A stretch of DNA of 62,439 bases, the filler included, from Globobulimina sp. (lineage: Eukaryota), in the NCBI GenBank assembly GCA_003354225.1. It is 18 parts of 18 records of this genome, joined end to end, with 100 filler letters (N's around TTAATTAATTAA, not from the genome) between each part and the next. Parts side by side here need not be neighbours in the genome. Positions count along the whole stretch, not along the records: positions 1 to 3,378 come from PIVH01002946.1; positions 3,479 to 6,856 come from PIVH01002947.1; positions 6,957 to 10,333 come from PIVH01002948.1; positions 10,434 to 13,810 come from PIVH01002949.1; 14 more parts are not named here. The stretch is one strand, 5' to 3'. Below are positions 1 to 11,198 of the stretch, one piece after another. The notes under the pieces are model-generated. The model was not told the DNA's origin and did no database searches. It was given only the letters and a program-made list of their open reading frames with translations. Numbering within the stretch: the first letter of the stretch is position 1; every line of letters begins with the position of its first letter. A program made the position numbers and the translations under genes.

Positions 1-2
1 TG

Positions 3-968
3 TCAAGGAATGCAAGTCTAAGTTGTCTGGAAGCGGCCCAACTAGAATTTGATAGCATTGAGCCACGTGGAGATATACGGTCGATGGTAATATTTAGTAA
101 TTGTAAGTCTACGAATGCGAATGGAGAGGACGATGAAGGAGATATATGTCAAACATTCAATCCCTCACAGACGGAGATTGATGTTTATATCATAAATATT
201 CAATCTTTTGATGGTACACTGGCAGGTGATACAAATATAAATGTTAGCACATATCTCGATTGTTTAACAAATGACGATGCGAATCGAATGGTTGGTATAA
301 GCAGTGATAATTTTGGCGATGCACAGAATATAATTGCTTCAGTTTCGAATCAGATCGTTTTAAAAGAACAAGAAATATTTGATGATGGTGATGCTGATTT
401 TTTTAATGTAATTAGTAATGTGGTGAGCACTGATAAACGAGAGTTAAATGTGCGTGGTTTTAAAATAAGTAAAGCATTTTCTAAGCGGACGGTGAGTATT
501 ATAAAATTCATATTTGTGATGAGTTTGATTTGTATTGGATTGAATGGTATATGTTGCACTTTTTGCGCGTTGCGACAATCTGGTTCTTTGGATGAATGTT
601 TTGGTAAAATAGATGTTGATTTTTTGAGTACAGATGTGGATGATTGTGTGTTGTGTATAGATGATACATTATCGGATGTGAGTTTGTCTGAGAATGCAAA
701 TGACGATGAAGATGTATCTGATAATATTTCGTTGATTGCGGATGTCTCTGAAAGTTGTAACCTGTTTGAAGAGGATCGAGAGTCTGATAAGATATTAGTA
801 GTTGATTCGAATGATGATTACGACGATGAGAGTCTGATGATATCGCCAGTTCCGGCAAGTATCGATAGTGTTGGTGATATCGATGATGATGATAAAGTGA
901 AAAAATATATAAAAGCTAAACAATCACAGGAAAACTTTGATAAATTTTTTTTTTCTGAAGCAAAATAA
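3..968 (+). CDS. 3' part of a type I membrane protein: C-terminal half of a Cys-substituted vWA-like domain, TM helix, acidic tail (5' truncated)
   Basis: The frame is open from the contig start (SRNASLSCLEAAQLEFDSIEPRGDIRSMVIFSNCK...IDVYIINI...YLDCLTNDDANRMV). It aligns by eye with the vWA repeats at 13911-17287 (KKIVLFNNC...VEVTVVN...YMECLTDGNVDRLF). A hydrophobic segment (IIKFIFVMSLICIGLNGICC) precedes a D/E-rich tail. Confidence 0.55.
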   Translation, partial: SRNASLSCLEAAQLEFDSIEPRGDIRSMVIFSNCKSTNANGEDDEGDICQTFNPSQTEIDVYIINIQSFDGTLAGDTNINVSTYLDCLTNDDANRMVGISSDNFGDAQNIIASVSNQIVLKEQEIFDDGDADFFNVISNVVSTDKRELNVRGFKISKAFSKRTVSIIKFIFVMSLICIGLNGICCTFCALRQSGSLDECFGKIDVDFLSTDVDDCVLCIDDTLSDVSLSENANDDEDVSDNISLIADVSESCNLFEEDRESDKILVVDSNDDYDDESLMISPVPASIDSVGDIDDDDKVKKYIKAKQSQENFDKFFFSEAK

Positions 969-1349
969 TTATTTATTTATTTATTTTTAATTTGTTTTTT
1001 CTTTTACTTTTCAAAACTGTCTTTCTTAGAATTTAATACTATTTTGAGTCTTTGTGTAGTATGTGTATTTGTTTTTTTTTGTTTTGGTTTTTGACTTTTA
1101 TTTTGATTATATGCATATTTAATGTGTGCTTTGTATTATGGGTTTGGTCATGATCATTTGTTTAATTTTTATTAAAAATTTTCTTTCATTTCAAATTGAA
1201 AATTGGATCTCCAAACGTTTCTGTATAAAACGTATAACTGTTACTGAACCAAATGTATACAACTTATCGACCAGAGGGTGTGAGTCAAATAAGAGAGCAC
1301 AAAGCTAATAAAAACAACTTAAAACACTCAAATTGTTAGAATAATAATT

Positions 1350-3340
1350 TTATTGCTTTCTTTTCTGATTCGCTTTATCATTCGCTAGTTGCTGAATATA
1401 AGAGATAGATTGCTTAAATAAAGTGAATGAATAGGCGTGAATGCCAGATGTAGGACTTTCCGATATATATTCAATCAGAGACAATGAAGAAGATAATCGT
1501 TTTGGTTGTGATTGTATAATCAACCAAATTAAACTTGGAAATAAGTCATCTGCACCAACTGTAATATTATTATCATTATTATTTTGTATCGATTTTATCC
1601 ATTTTAGTTGAGCATATAAATGATGACTTAATGACTGTATAATCTCATGAATGCATTGCATTTTTGTAGATGGTGTGATATGATATTCCAAACTATGTAA
1701 TTCCTTTCCAATCCATTGCCATAAATCTGACGATATTTTGATATTTTTATTTAAACCTAAATCAGCGAAGGGATCCAATGGAGCCATTGTTTTTTCATCG
1801 GTTAATATCTCCAATGATTGATTTAATTTTTGATCAAAAATCCAAAATTGCTGATTCAAAATATAGTACATTGCAATACAAATAATATGATGCAGACCGC
1901 GTAACATACCATGGTCTAACTTACAATGCGCAGAATGATCCTTCATCTCATTCGAGATTACATTGATAAATTTTTGTAACAAAATAGGAATAACTTTGGG
2001 TAATTTGGATAAATCATGCAATGAAAATAGTATTTTATCTAAAAATGAAGCAACTGAATCGCAGAAAAAATAAAAAATATATTTACTTTTCTCCTCAATG
2101 ACGCCATCGTCATTAAATAATATATTTGGAATTGGGATTGCTTTATGAAAGGATACTTTTGTATAAGCAGCAAAATAATGTATTTTAGTGGAATATAAAC
2201 AATGTTTTATGTGTTGAATACGTTGCCGATAAATGGAATCAACGGAAGATAATTGTATTAATACTTTGTGTAAAGATTGAATTGAAGATTGATGCCAGGC
2301 ATTACATATTTTTGTTGCTTCTGTTAAACATAGCGATAACCATTGAATTATTGACTCGAAATGTATGATTTGTGTCGGATATATTTCATGTAACTGTTTT
2401 AAACCAAAATATATTGACGCAAAATCTGCAGATTTCGAACTGTTTTTATTGCTTACTCCATAAAGTAATGATGGATTCTTAATATCTCTGCCATGTAAAT
2501 AACTCATTGCGGACTCAAATGCCATTAATTCATCTCCAGTCTCATTCTCATTCTCATTCTCTTTTTGTGCTAAATATATCATCGTATTTCGTGGTAGCGG
2601 ATGGTTCAGATTTAACAATAATTTTATCAATGAATGACACCATGCGGCAAATATATGCGGCGCTTTTTTAATATGAATCTGTAATGACGACAAATAATGA
2701 ATGTTTTTTTTACAAATTTTACTTAAATGCTGTAATGAATTTGTATCAATGGCAGTGGCGGCACATTTAAATTGCCATTGAAGATAAATATCATTATAAG
2801 GATAGACACCAACTATAAACATGTACGAATTCTTAAAATTTAAATTTAATATTTTATCTGTTAACTGCTTGGCTAATATATCGAAAGAATCACCGCAATC
2901 CGAATCAGTTGAAATTGTCGACTCTTCTCTTTGTGTTTTTGTTTTTGTTTCTGTTGTTGTTGCGGTCTGATCTAAAGATTCAAATGTCAATTTATGGAAT
3001 CTTTCCAATGATCGAATCTGTGATGAACTTAAACTCGAAGAATCTGAAAATAAAATGCTATGCAATACATATAATTCAATGCTTGATATCATTGTCCAAT
3101 TATGTAAAATACCAAAGTTATATTCATGGATTTCATTATAATTTGATACGTTTTCAGCTGCTGATGATTGGGATTGAGATTGAGCTTGAAATGAGACAAA
3201 TTGCTGCAATTTGTCCTCAAATATTGTGATATAATCATTCATTTTTTGCTGCAACAAAGATAACTCCTTCTCACTTAAATCATATTCTGTTTTTTTGTGT
3301 GTTTTTGTTTGTGGTGCTGTGGTCAATATATCTTTTAAAA
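1350..3340 (-). CDS. VPS9-domain protein (Rab5-family GEF), probably 5' incomplete
   Basis: The C-terminal TPSTKMQCI...VGADDLFPSLIWLII...GIHAYSFTLFKQSISYI matches the VPS9 signature (ADD-x-x-P and G-x-x-x-Y-x-x-T). The 5' coordinate is approximate. Confidence 0.8.
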
Positions 3341-3378
3341 CACCAATAAATACACAACAAGAGGTCTGTTGCCATTGC

Positions 3379-3478
3379 NNNNNNNNNNNNNNNNNNNNNN
3401 NNNNNNNNNNNNNNNNNNNNNNTTAATTAATTAANNNNNNNNNNNNNNNNNNNNNNNNNNNNNNNNNNNNNNNNNNNN
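3379..3478. other. Artificial contig linker N44-TTAATTAATTAA-N44 (first of 17)
   Basis: Identical 100-nt linkers start at 3379, 6857, 10334, 13811, 17288, 20765, 24242, 27719, 31195, 34669, 38143, 41617, 45090, 48562, 52033, 55503 and 58972. TTAATTAATTAA gives a stop in all six frames. Confidence 0.99.
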
Positions 3479-3943
3479 GTCACTGAGACTGAGAATAATG
3501 AATCTATAAAATTACAAACCATCACATCTCGAGCAGGGACTATGAAAAACGAAGATGAAAAACGCTGCGAAAATGAGAGAAGCAGTATTTGTGACGAACA
3601 TGTCGAACAAATCGAAGATGCGGAGAAAAGAAACGAATTTAAAAAAAAGAAAATATATTCTGAGGCAGTTTATAAATTATTAAAACCGGCTATCAGATAT
3701 ACATTATGTGTGACCGTCGCTGTCTTATCCACCACAGCTTGCAATGTTGTAATTATTTATCGTGGATGGATGGCAAAGCAGGATTCGTGGAGTTTGCTTC
3801 AATTCCATGGAATGACAAATGCCGTTGATGGATTTGTAAATATTCTAATGTTACATTTACAGTTTGCGTGTTTTGATAGTCTATATTTAAAAATGTGTGT
3901 GTTTGATAAAATAATAACAAAATCTGTTATTAAGCGTTTGTAA
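3479..3943 (+). CDS. C-terminal fragment of a multi-pass (7TM/GPCR-like) membrane protein
   Basis: A long charged loop is followed by two hydrophobic helices ending DGFVNILMLHLQFACFDSLYLKMC. The same motif ends the ORF at 61422-62439 (DTVITSFMLYLQFNFSGRVYSTLC). Confidence 0.5.
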   Translation, partial: VTETENNESIKLQTITSRAGTMKNEDEKRCENERSSICDEHVEQIEDAEKRNEFKKKKIYSEAVYKLLKPAIRYTLCVTVAVLSTTACNVVIIYRGWMAKQDSWSLLQFHGMTNAVDGFVNILMLHLQFACFDSLYLKMCVFDKIITKSVIKRL

Positions 3944-4152
3944 ATATATTGTAATTCATACATAGTGATATTGTAAGCACCACTCTATGCCATGTCATGT
4001 ACTATGTAATGACTAAAGTTGGTAAAGTATACCATCGTAGTTACCTATGTTCAAGAGAATCAGTGCGCGATTTTGGTGAATTAATGCATAAAAAATGCGG
4101 ATTATTTAATTAACATTACACACAAATCTCGCAATGTCTTAGTATATTGTTA

Positions 4153-4791
4153 TTATGCGACAAGTGTAGGAGCAGTTCGCCAGTTATATTTCCACGTAGG
4201 CGGCAATTTTTTACTTCTTTTATAATATCTTGAAATTCTATGAATACGCGATTCCATTAAAATCAATCGATACTTTGCATTTTTATCTTTTCGGTTTGTT
4301 CTCATATGTTTGCGAATGCTCACCGCGGTTTTAATTAAAAAATATAAATCTTCCGGGATCTCTGGGGCTAAACCTTTCTGTTTAAGAATCCGCAAAATCC
4401 TCTTCCCCGTTACTTGAAATACCTGAGGTATCCCATGCTGGTCTCGTAAACGGACACCGATTTGAGACGGAGTCATTCCTTTCTTACTGTACTGACAGAT
4501 GGTATCTATCAACTCCTCCGATGACTGTTTGATCCATACCGGTGCTGTACGGACATAAGGCAATGACGAACGGGATCTTCCTTTTCTATTTATTATCATC
4601 ATAAATTGTAATGAGTGCAAGGATATAATTGTTTAATTTATTCATTTTCTTATTTGTAGTCAGCAAAATAAGAGAAAATGTTACCACAAATTTGGTAGCA
4701 CTTAGCCTCTCACTTGTTGTCATAATCGAGAAAAATAATAGAATATCGTGTTGAGGTCAGCAACTTACCCGTATGTGTGCATTCGCACCAT
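4153..4791 (-). CDS. RPS13: 40S ribosomal protein S13 (uS15); two exons, intron 4586-4768
   Basis: The spliced protein is [18 protein letters not shown]...[22 protein letters not shown]...[13 protein letters not shown]...[19 protein letters not shown]. The donor GTAAGT and acceptor TAG join in frame. Confidence 0.97.
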
Positions 4792-4901
4792 CTTTGATTG
4801 CAGATGACGTTAACGACTTGAAATTGAAGGTGTCGTGTTATTATTGAATGTTGATTTGTTTTTATACTCAGGTTTTTATTTTAAAAAACTTTCATCAAAA
4901 C

Positions 4902-6114
4902 ATGAGGCGAATCATTGCCCACAACAATACGCTGCATCACTACCATTCAGTATCAATACCAACATTATTTATCCCACCACATATTAACCCCAACAACAAA
5001 TATAGTTTCTCTACAACAAATAACCAATCCACACCGAAAAAGCCGAAAATCAAAATATCTCAGGATGAATATGATGAATTTGACGAGAACACCGAAGAAA
5101 TGGAGGAAGCCACGATCCAGAAAGAAACAAAACAAAACTTCAAACAAACTGCATCGCCAACAATATCAAACATAAAATTCTCAGACGATGAACGAGAAAA
5201 CAAATCCTATCGATCGAAATTTGCGAAATATATTGCTATCAACATCGGTTTGGACAATATATTGCCACGAATGATTGCGTTACGCGACAAAGATCCGGAA
5301 GCCATTACAAAAGCTATGAATACATTTTGGATCGGAAATGTAATGTATGTTTATAATGCATATATTTCCAGAAAATTCCAATTGAAAAACACTTGCATTG
5401 CACTCGAAAAGGTCTGGAATTCCGTTTTTTTTATTATGTTGGCAATGTAGTCATTATATTATATATCCGGAGTTAATATTGGCTTATTTGATAATGCGTT
5501 ACTCCGCAAACTATGTTCCAGGCTCGAATATTAATAAAACATTGGTGGATGTGTACAAAATAAAATATCCACTGTTAAAAGAGTGCAATTGGAGTCGAAA
5601 AGTGCCTGATCCCACCAGACAAAGTGTGGACGCATTTGCTCATAATATAACAACTAAAATACCGTTGTTACAGAGAGTGGAAGCAAAGTTGCCAAGTTTT
5701 ATGAAGGATTTTCGACAGAGAGTATATTCAAACACAATAAAGCATGGATTTGCATGGGACATTGCGGACAATACGCGGATTATAATTGGCTTGCCATTGT
5801 TGTGTGGCTTGTTGCATTATGGCGGGATTGGTCTGTATATAGCGGATATGGAGGTTTATAGTCCGATATTTGCCAAATGGGCGTGTGTGTATATTGGCGC
5901 AGCGTACGGTGCGCGTATTACATCAAATTGGGCGTTGAGAACAATGGTTTTGACTGTGATTGAAAAGAGATTTGGGTTAAGGAGTGAATCGGGCGATTAC
6001 TATGGATATAAGAAAAAGGAGAATGTGAATAGAAAAGGTACAATGAGTGGTGACAATGATGAGGAATATGTGAAGAATGCTAAGGTTTCTAGCAGAAAAC
6101 CAAAGAAAATGTAG
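4902..6114 (+). CDS. Hypothetical membrane protein with a possible mitochondrial presequence; one apparent extra A at 5385-5389
   Basis: Two overlapping ORFs join (…KFQLK/TLALHSKRSGIPFF…) if one A is removed from the A5 run. The N-terminus is basic and S/T-rich, and the C-terminal half has hydrophobic segments. Confidence 0.5.
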
Positions 6115-6242
6115 ATGATAATCAGAAATTAAATATTTTTTACATTAATTCATTGTTTTAAAAATAAAAGCCGTACACCATTTTTTATATCAAAAATTTT
6201 CATCAAAAATCTTTTAATTTTCCATTGATCAGTCAGTCAGTC

Positions 6243-6856
6243 ATGGCCACTCTCCCAGCTCTCATTTCAATATTATCATTGTTTTTAATCAATCACTTAA
6301 AAGCTCAAACGGGATTAGGTTGCGCTGTTAGTTAAAACTCCTAAATTAAAATCACTTTTATCTCTCGAATTTAAAATTAGATTCTCGTTACTTTTGTACC
6401 TCAAAATATATGTTAAATATATAGATCAAAACCTGTCCGATAGCAGGACAAGTACGAATTAATGTAGTTGCAGACTACAGAGGCAATTTTGTAAGTGGCT
6501 GTAACTGTGCATGTGATCCATCAATATTTTGCCCATCGCCACATGTAATAAATTTTGACAAAATAACTGGTTTAGGTGACTGTGCGTGTCATTATAGAGC
6601 CTCATGGACACCACAGGTCACATTACCAACGCCAGTGCCAACCGCATACGTACCGCCAACGCCAGTGCCCACAGCACAAGTAATTGTGCCAGCGCCCCAA
6701 GCAAGTCTCCCAGCACCGGCACCGCAAACTAACGCGTACGTACCAGTTAACCCTATAACAGTGCTCTGTGACACAGCAGAACCATGTTCCTGTCCTGTCG
6801 GTCATGCTGGTGAATGTAGAATAATCTGTGACGGCACAACCGATGCATGCAAAGGC
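6243..6856 (+). CDS. Secreted Cys-rich, Pro/Thr-rich protein (3' truncated); intron 6327-6424
   Basis: Signal peptide MATLPALISILSLFLINHLKAQ. The spliced frame continues IKTCP...GCNCACDPSIFCPSP...GDCACHY, then PTPVPTA repeats, then a second Cys module. Confidence 0.7.
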
Positions 6857-6958
6857 NNNNNNNNNNNNNNNNNNNNNNNNNNNNNNNNNNNNNNNNNNNN
6901 TTAATTAATTAANNNNNNNNNNNNNNNNNNNNNNNNNNNNNNNNNNNNNNNNNNNNCA

Positions 6959-7072
6959 TTAACAAAATTGTGTAACTTTAAAGATGAAGTAATATATAAA
7001 TACAATCAATTATTATATGACTCCATCATGGCATTATTCGATAATTTGCCGATTGCCGCAGTAATAAATTAA
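6959..7072 (+). pseudogene. Fragment of a PPP-family Ser/Thr phosphatase (calcineurin A-like), ending in a stop
   Basis: LTKLCNFKDEVIYKYNQLLYDSIMALFDNLPIAAVIN* resembles the PPP segment F-K-x-E-x-x-x-K-Y...F-D-x-L-P-x-A-A. The expected downstream CVHGG motif is absent. Confidence 0.55.
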
Positions 7073-7233
7073 ATATTAATGGAGATAAAAATCATTCAAA
7101 AACAGCAATTGCGGCAAGAAATGCTGCCTTAGGAATATCTGTTGTTTGTAGCAAAAAATCAGAATCAGTCCGACAAACAACAAAATTAAAAAAAGTAAAA
7201 CGAGAAATTGTCAGTGCTAAAAGCAAGGATTTA

Positions 7234-8076
7234 ATGCAAAGCGGGAATGTTGTTATTTGTAACGATGAGAATAAAGCATTACAAACAAAAACACATTATT
7301 TTGGATCCATTCCAGAGATAATTAATCCAGTCGAAAATGCACATATTGCGATACCTAAAAAACAATCCGTTTCCGTTGAAAGAAGACGTAAAAAATCTGT
7401 TGTAATTCAAGTAAATAAAGTAAATGATGCGGATTCCCCTGAGATTGCTAATAAAGTTCGAAATAAATCATTGAAGGAAAGAATCATTTTAAACAAAGCG
7501 AAGAAAAAAGCAAAATATAAAGCAGATTCCGATGCTAATCCATTAGAACGAGGTGTTGCTATTTGTAATCAACAAAAAGTTGTAAAAAAGGTAAGGAAGA
7601 CATCAGTAAATAACCAAATAAAAGTAAGAGGTGTTGTTATTGTACGAGGTTTGCCCGGCAGTGGCAATGAAGAGTGGGCCAATACATTTGCAGAAAGAGA
7701 CGGAAATGCTGTTATTTTGAATGATAATGATGCTAATTTCAAACAAGAATTTAAAAACATTTTTACAAAAACAGCTGCCGACCAATTGATTATTTTGGTA
7801 CTTCATCGTCCGCTGATATCCGATTATGACGATTTCATACAATATTTGGTGAAAAAAAAAGTTCGGTGGAGAATTATTGAAATGTTTTGGCATAAATCAT
7901 TAATGGATTTATTTCGATATCGATCGAATCTAAAAATTGATGACGATGTTTGTAAACAGTGGTTATTTAATTGGCAAATTGATGCGCGATCTGAGTTGAT
8001 GTATGCTTCCGAATATGATAAATTTATGCATTGCAGAGATGATTACGGCTCTCAAAATTTTCAATATATGGTATAA
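7234..8076 (+). CDS. Basic protein with a C-terminal degenerate P-loop kinase-like domain (AAA_33/N4BP2-like)
   Basis: VVIVRGLPGSGNEEWA resembles GLPGSGKST but lacks the catalytic K and S/T. The frame is open upstream to 7045 without an ATG. Confidence 0.5.
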   Translation: MQSGNVVICNDENKALQTKTHYFGSIPEIINPVENAHIAIPKKQSVSVERRRKKSVVIQVNKVNDADSPEIANKVRNKSLKERIILNKAKKKAKYKADSDANPLERGVAICNQQKVVKKVRKTSVNNQIKVRGVVIVRGLPGSGNEEWANTFAERDGNAVILNDNDANFKQEFKNIFTKTAADQLIILVLHRPLISDYDDFIQYLVKKKVRWRIIEMFWHKSLMDLFRYRSNLKIDDDVCKQWLFNWQIDARSELMYASEYDKFMHCRDDYGSQNFQYMV

Positions 8077-8216
8077 TAATTTTGCGTTTGTAATCAGTTT
8101 TGCCTGCATTCTTTACTTGTATTTGTAGAAATAATTATTTATTTTTTTATATAGTTCAACGGATTCATATCTCTAATCTTCGAAAAGTACTCAACTCAGT
8201 TTGACCTTGCATGATT

Positions 8217-8339
8217 ACATTTTTCTTCGTGCACAAAGTCCGATAATTTTTGGTTCCATATCAAAATATCTGGCTGTTATGGTGAGAATTTTGATATCCA
8301 AGCCTTTAATTGATCGGACTTTGCGCACGAACAAAATGT
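8217..8339. repeat. MITE-like foldback element with imperfect ~27-bp terminal inverted repeats
   Basis: ACATTTTTCTTCGTGCACAAAGTCCGAT pairs with ATCGGACTTTGCGCACGAACAAAATGT. An inner pair is ATATCAAAAT/ATTTTGATAT. The element lies between convergent gene ends. Confidence 0.6.
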
Positions 8340-8422
8340 TTCATTTAAGCTGTCAATTAATATTTACATAAAAGATTAGACGTCTGGGCAAAATTAAAAT
8401 AGTTTCACTCAAAGTTATGTAA

Positions 8423-10065
8423 TCATTCTCCAAATGGTCCCCTTAAAACATTCTTGCGTGTAATACGAACCAATTTATTTTCATAGATAATCTCAAAATT
8501 TATGTCTTGCAGTTTTGTTTGATATTCATAAGCAGCATCAGATGCAGACAATGTACTGTTATCAGCACAACGTATTGTTATTTCTTCCAATTTACATTCA
8601 CTCTCTGACATTTTATCCAAACAATTTAAAATATGATCCATGCTGAATGAACACATGAATCAGTTATATGTTCTTTAATACATTGACCAAACGTTATTCT
8701 GTCAAACAAGTACAAAGCACTCAAAATAAGTTCATATTCGGTACCAAATTCCGAACCGGTTTCAATAATATTACAAATATGCAAATTAAACCTATTCTGA
8801 ACAAATAAGCATTCCTCTTCGCCAACGTAGTCTGAAAACCAAGAGCATGGCATACACGAACCCGAACCATTTACATTGAACAAAAATTCAATAATCAAAC
8901 CCTTCACCGTCGCAAAATGAGCAGCAACACCCAATGAGTTTGTGGTTGATAATGGACCAACGACAAATAAATCGTCCTTGACATATGATGTAAACCTAAA
9001 TTTCTTAGTAATGCCATGATAAAATGACTTGTGTGTACTGTGTGGATTGACGCCATGACCACGAACAGCATATTTTAAATTCTTTGCTAAATGGAAAAAC
9101 TCTTTGTGATCGTCAGTATTATCTCGATATGTTTTTGTTAGTTGAAATTGCATTTTTGTGTAATTGCAATAAAACATCAATGATAAATTAAAGATATTCA
9201 AACAACATATCTTGATGATGTTGTTTGCGATAAACAGTGTTATAATGAACCATCGCCTTTTTTGTATTCCCCGTTAAATTGTTGTACTGCAATACCAAAC
9301 ATATTGTGAGTATGTCGAGTTAATTCCTCTTTTAATGAGCCATATTTGGGTTCAACAAAAATACATTCTTGATTATTAGGATCACGTTCTAAATCATCAT
9401 TATATATATATATAAATCCGTAACCTTTCTTATACAGTTTTTGATCGATTTGATTGTATTTATTTTGTCTGTTGTTGAGGAGTATTGTTTGCTTGTTTAC
9501 TTTTCTTATTTTCAGCAGTCGTTTATTAATAAATTGTGTGTCCCCATTAACTTTGACCTCAGCAAACCTTTGTTTTTGTGTTAATTTGTATCCGGTGTCA
9601 TATGAATGTCTGTAAAAACAATGAATTTTAGCAACAATGTCATGATACGCAGATATTAATATTTGTTGTCGACTGTCACATCGATTGCGGTGATTTTGTT
9701 TAAACATTTTGCAATTTGTTGCATCACAAAATCCTCCTAATTCATTGAAATATATTCAAATTGAGTATCATTCGGATAATAATAGGATAAATACAAAAAA
9801 TTATTCAACAAAAGCGGAATATCTAAATTTTCAATAGTGTGTGATATGTGATGCTGTTGCATGATTTCTTTAACAATTTTCAAATTTTCTGAATTTTCTG
9901 TTATGTAACAAATTATTATACATTTGTTTGGGTGTTAATATATATATAATCACACAACATACCCAGCCAAGGGTTGCTATCAATACATCCATCGCATTGA
10001 ATTGGATAATAACAAATTGAGTGTTGATTACAATATTCACAATCACAACAACTTGCATTCCCCAT
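8423..10065 (-). pseudogene. ART-like family member 1 (several frameshifts: pseudogene or sequencing errors)
   Basis: It starts MGNASCC (ATG 10065), with an intron near 9898-9962. Motifs IHCFYRHSYDTGYKL, PKYGSLKEEL, LMFYCNY, FYHG, GPLSTT and SDYVGEEECLF are shared with 21388-23804 and 24541-27718. At least four frame breaks are needed to join the pieces. Confidence 0.65.
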
Positions 10066-10120
10066 TGTATACTATTAATCAGCGTCTAAAACATAAATTG
10101 AAAAAAAACCTTTTAGTCAA

Positions 10121-10333
10121 ATGAAAAAAAGCAAACATGAAGCTTTGCTGTTTGGTTATATTCACGAAATTGAGAAACAATTAATTCATCAGTTCATTCA
10201 CCAATCACTATTTGCAATATGTTGGTCGTTTTATTTTGATGAAGATAGAATAATGAGAGATGTTTTGCAGCCACCAACGTATCCAATGTTACATAGTGTA
10301 CTCTTTCCGAATAATGAGAAGCAAATTGATTTA
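10121..10333 (+). CDS. N-terminal fragment of a protein with an LLFGYI...C-x-x-FY helical module
   Basis: MKKSKHEALLFGYIHEIEKQLIHQFIHQSLFAICWSFY runs into the linker. It is divergent from the ART-like gene, with 55 nt between the ATGs. Confidence 0.45.
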
Positions 10334-10433
10334 NNNNNNNNNNNNNNNNNNNNNNNNNNNNNNNNNNNNNNNNNNNNTTAATTAATTAANNNNNNNNNNN
10401 NNNNNNNNNNNNNNNNNNNNNNNNNNNNNNNNN

Positions 10434-11070
10434 ACTTAGAATTAAGTACGATTGCACATAGCAACCAAATGAGTCACGATTCGAATTTGTAATTGCATCT
10501 AATATTTTGCCCTGGAAATTGGGTAAAAACAATTTCGAGCCCGACGTTATTGCCAAACATAACAATGCGATCAGTATTAATGACCGATGCGGTTTCATCA
10601 ATTTCAATGCGCGGAACATATATTGTTCTGTGCTTAATTTTATTGTTGGATCCTGTTCCCGTTCCGGCGCATACTTTGAATTTGAATACTTATGCGACAC
10701 AGATGCGGCATTTACATTGATGCTCAAATTGCCGCCATCTTTCATTGATATGTCTGGAGCTTTTTTGGTGTTTGACAATTTAACATTATTTTTTTGCTCT
10801 CTTTTTTCACGCAGATTTTGCACACATAAAAATTGCATTTGTCGCATTTGTAACCGCCATATTTGGTGCTGGCGCTGCAGAGATAAAGATGGCAGGCTTT
10901 CCCTCTACGACTGCGATGTTTTCCTTTTCTGCCATTTCTTCCATCTCCACCTTTCTTCATATATTGCTTCAATCAGTGGCAGCTTCAATGAATTTTTTGA
11001 ATAAAAATATCTCCACATTTATGCACAGCACAGAAATACCAAAACATAGAGCTTGCAATGTCTCGTTATA
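10434..11070 (-). CDS. ABCB-type transporter fragment: ZZ-like zinc finger followed by the start of the ABC transmembrane domain (frameshifted, 3' truncated)
   Basis: GYKCDKCNFYVCKIC joins, after one missing A near 10802-10807, to RALKLMKPHRSLILIALLCLAITSGSKLFLPNFQGKILDAI, which is typical of the first ABC_membrane helix. The 5' coordinate is approximate. Confidence 0.55.
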
Positions 11071-11198
11071 ATATGGTTGCGAATTGTTAATATTCTTAAA
11101 ATGGAATCCTACGCATTTTATTCCAAGATAACTCTGAAACATTCCCATATTTCAAAGCAATGCATTTAATTTTTCTTTCCTAGCTTTTCTTGTATGAG

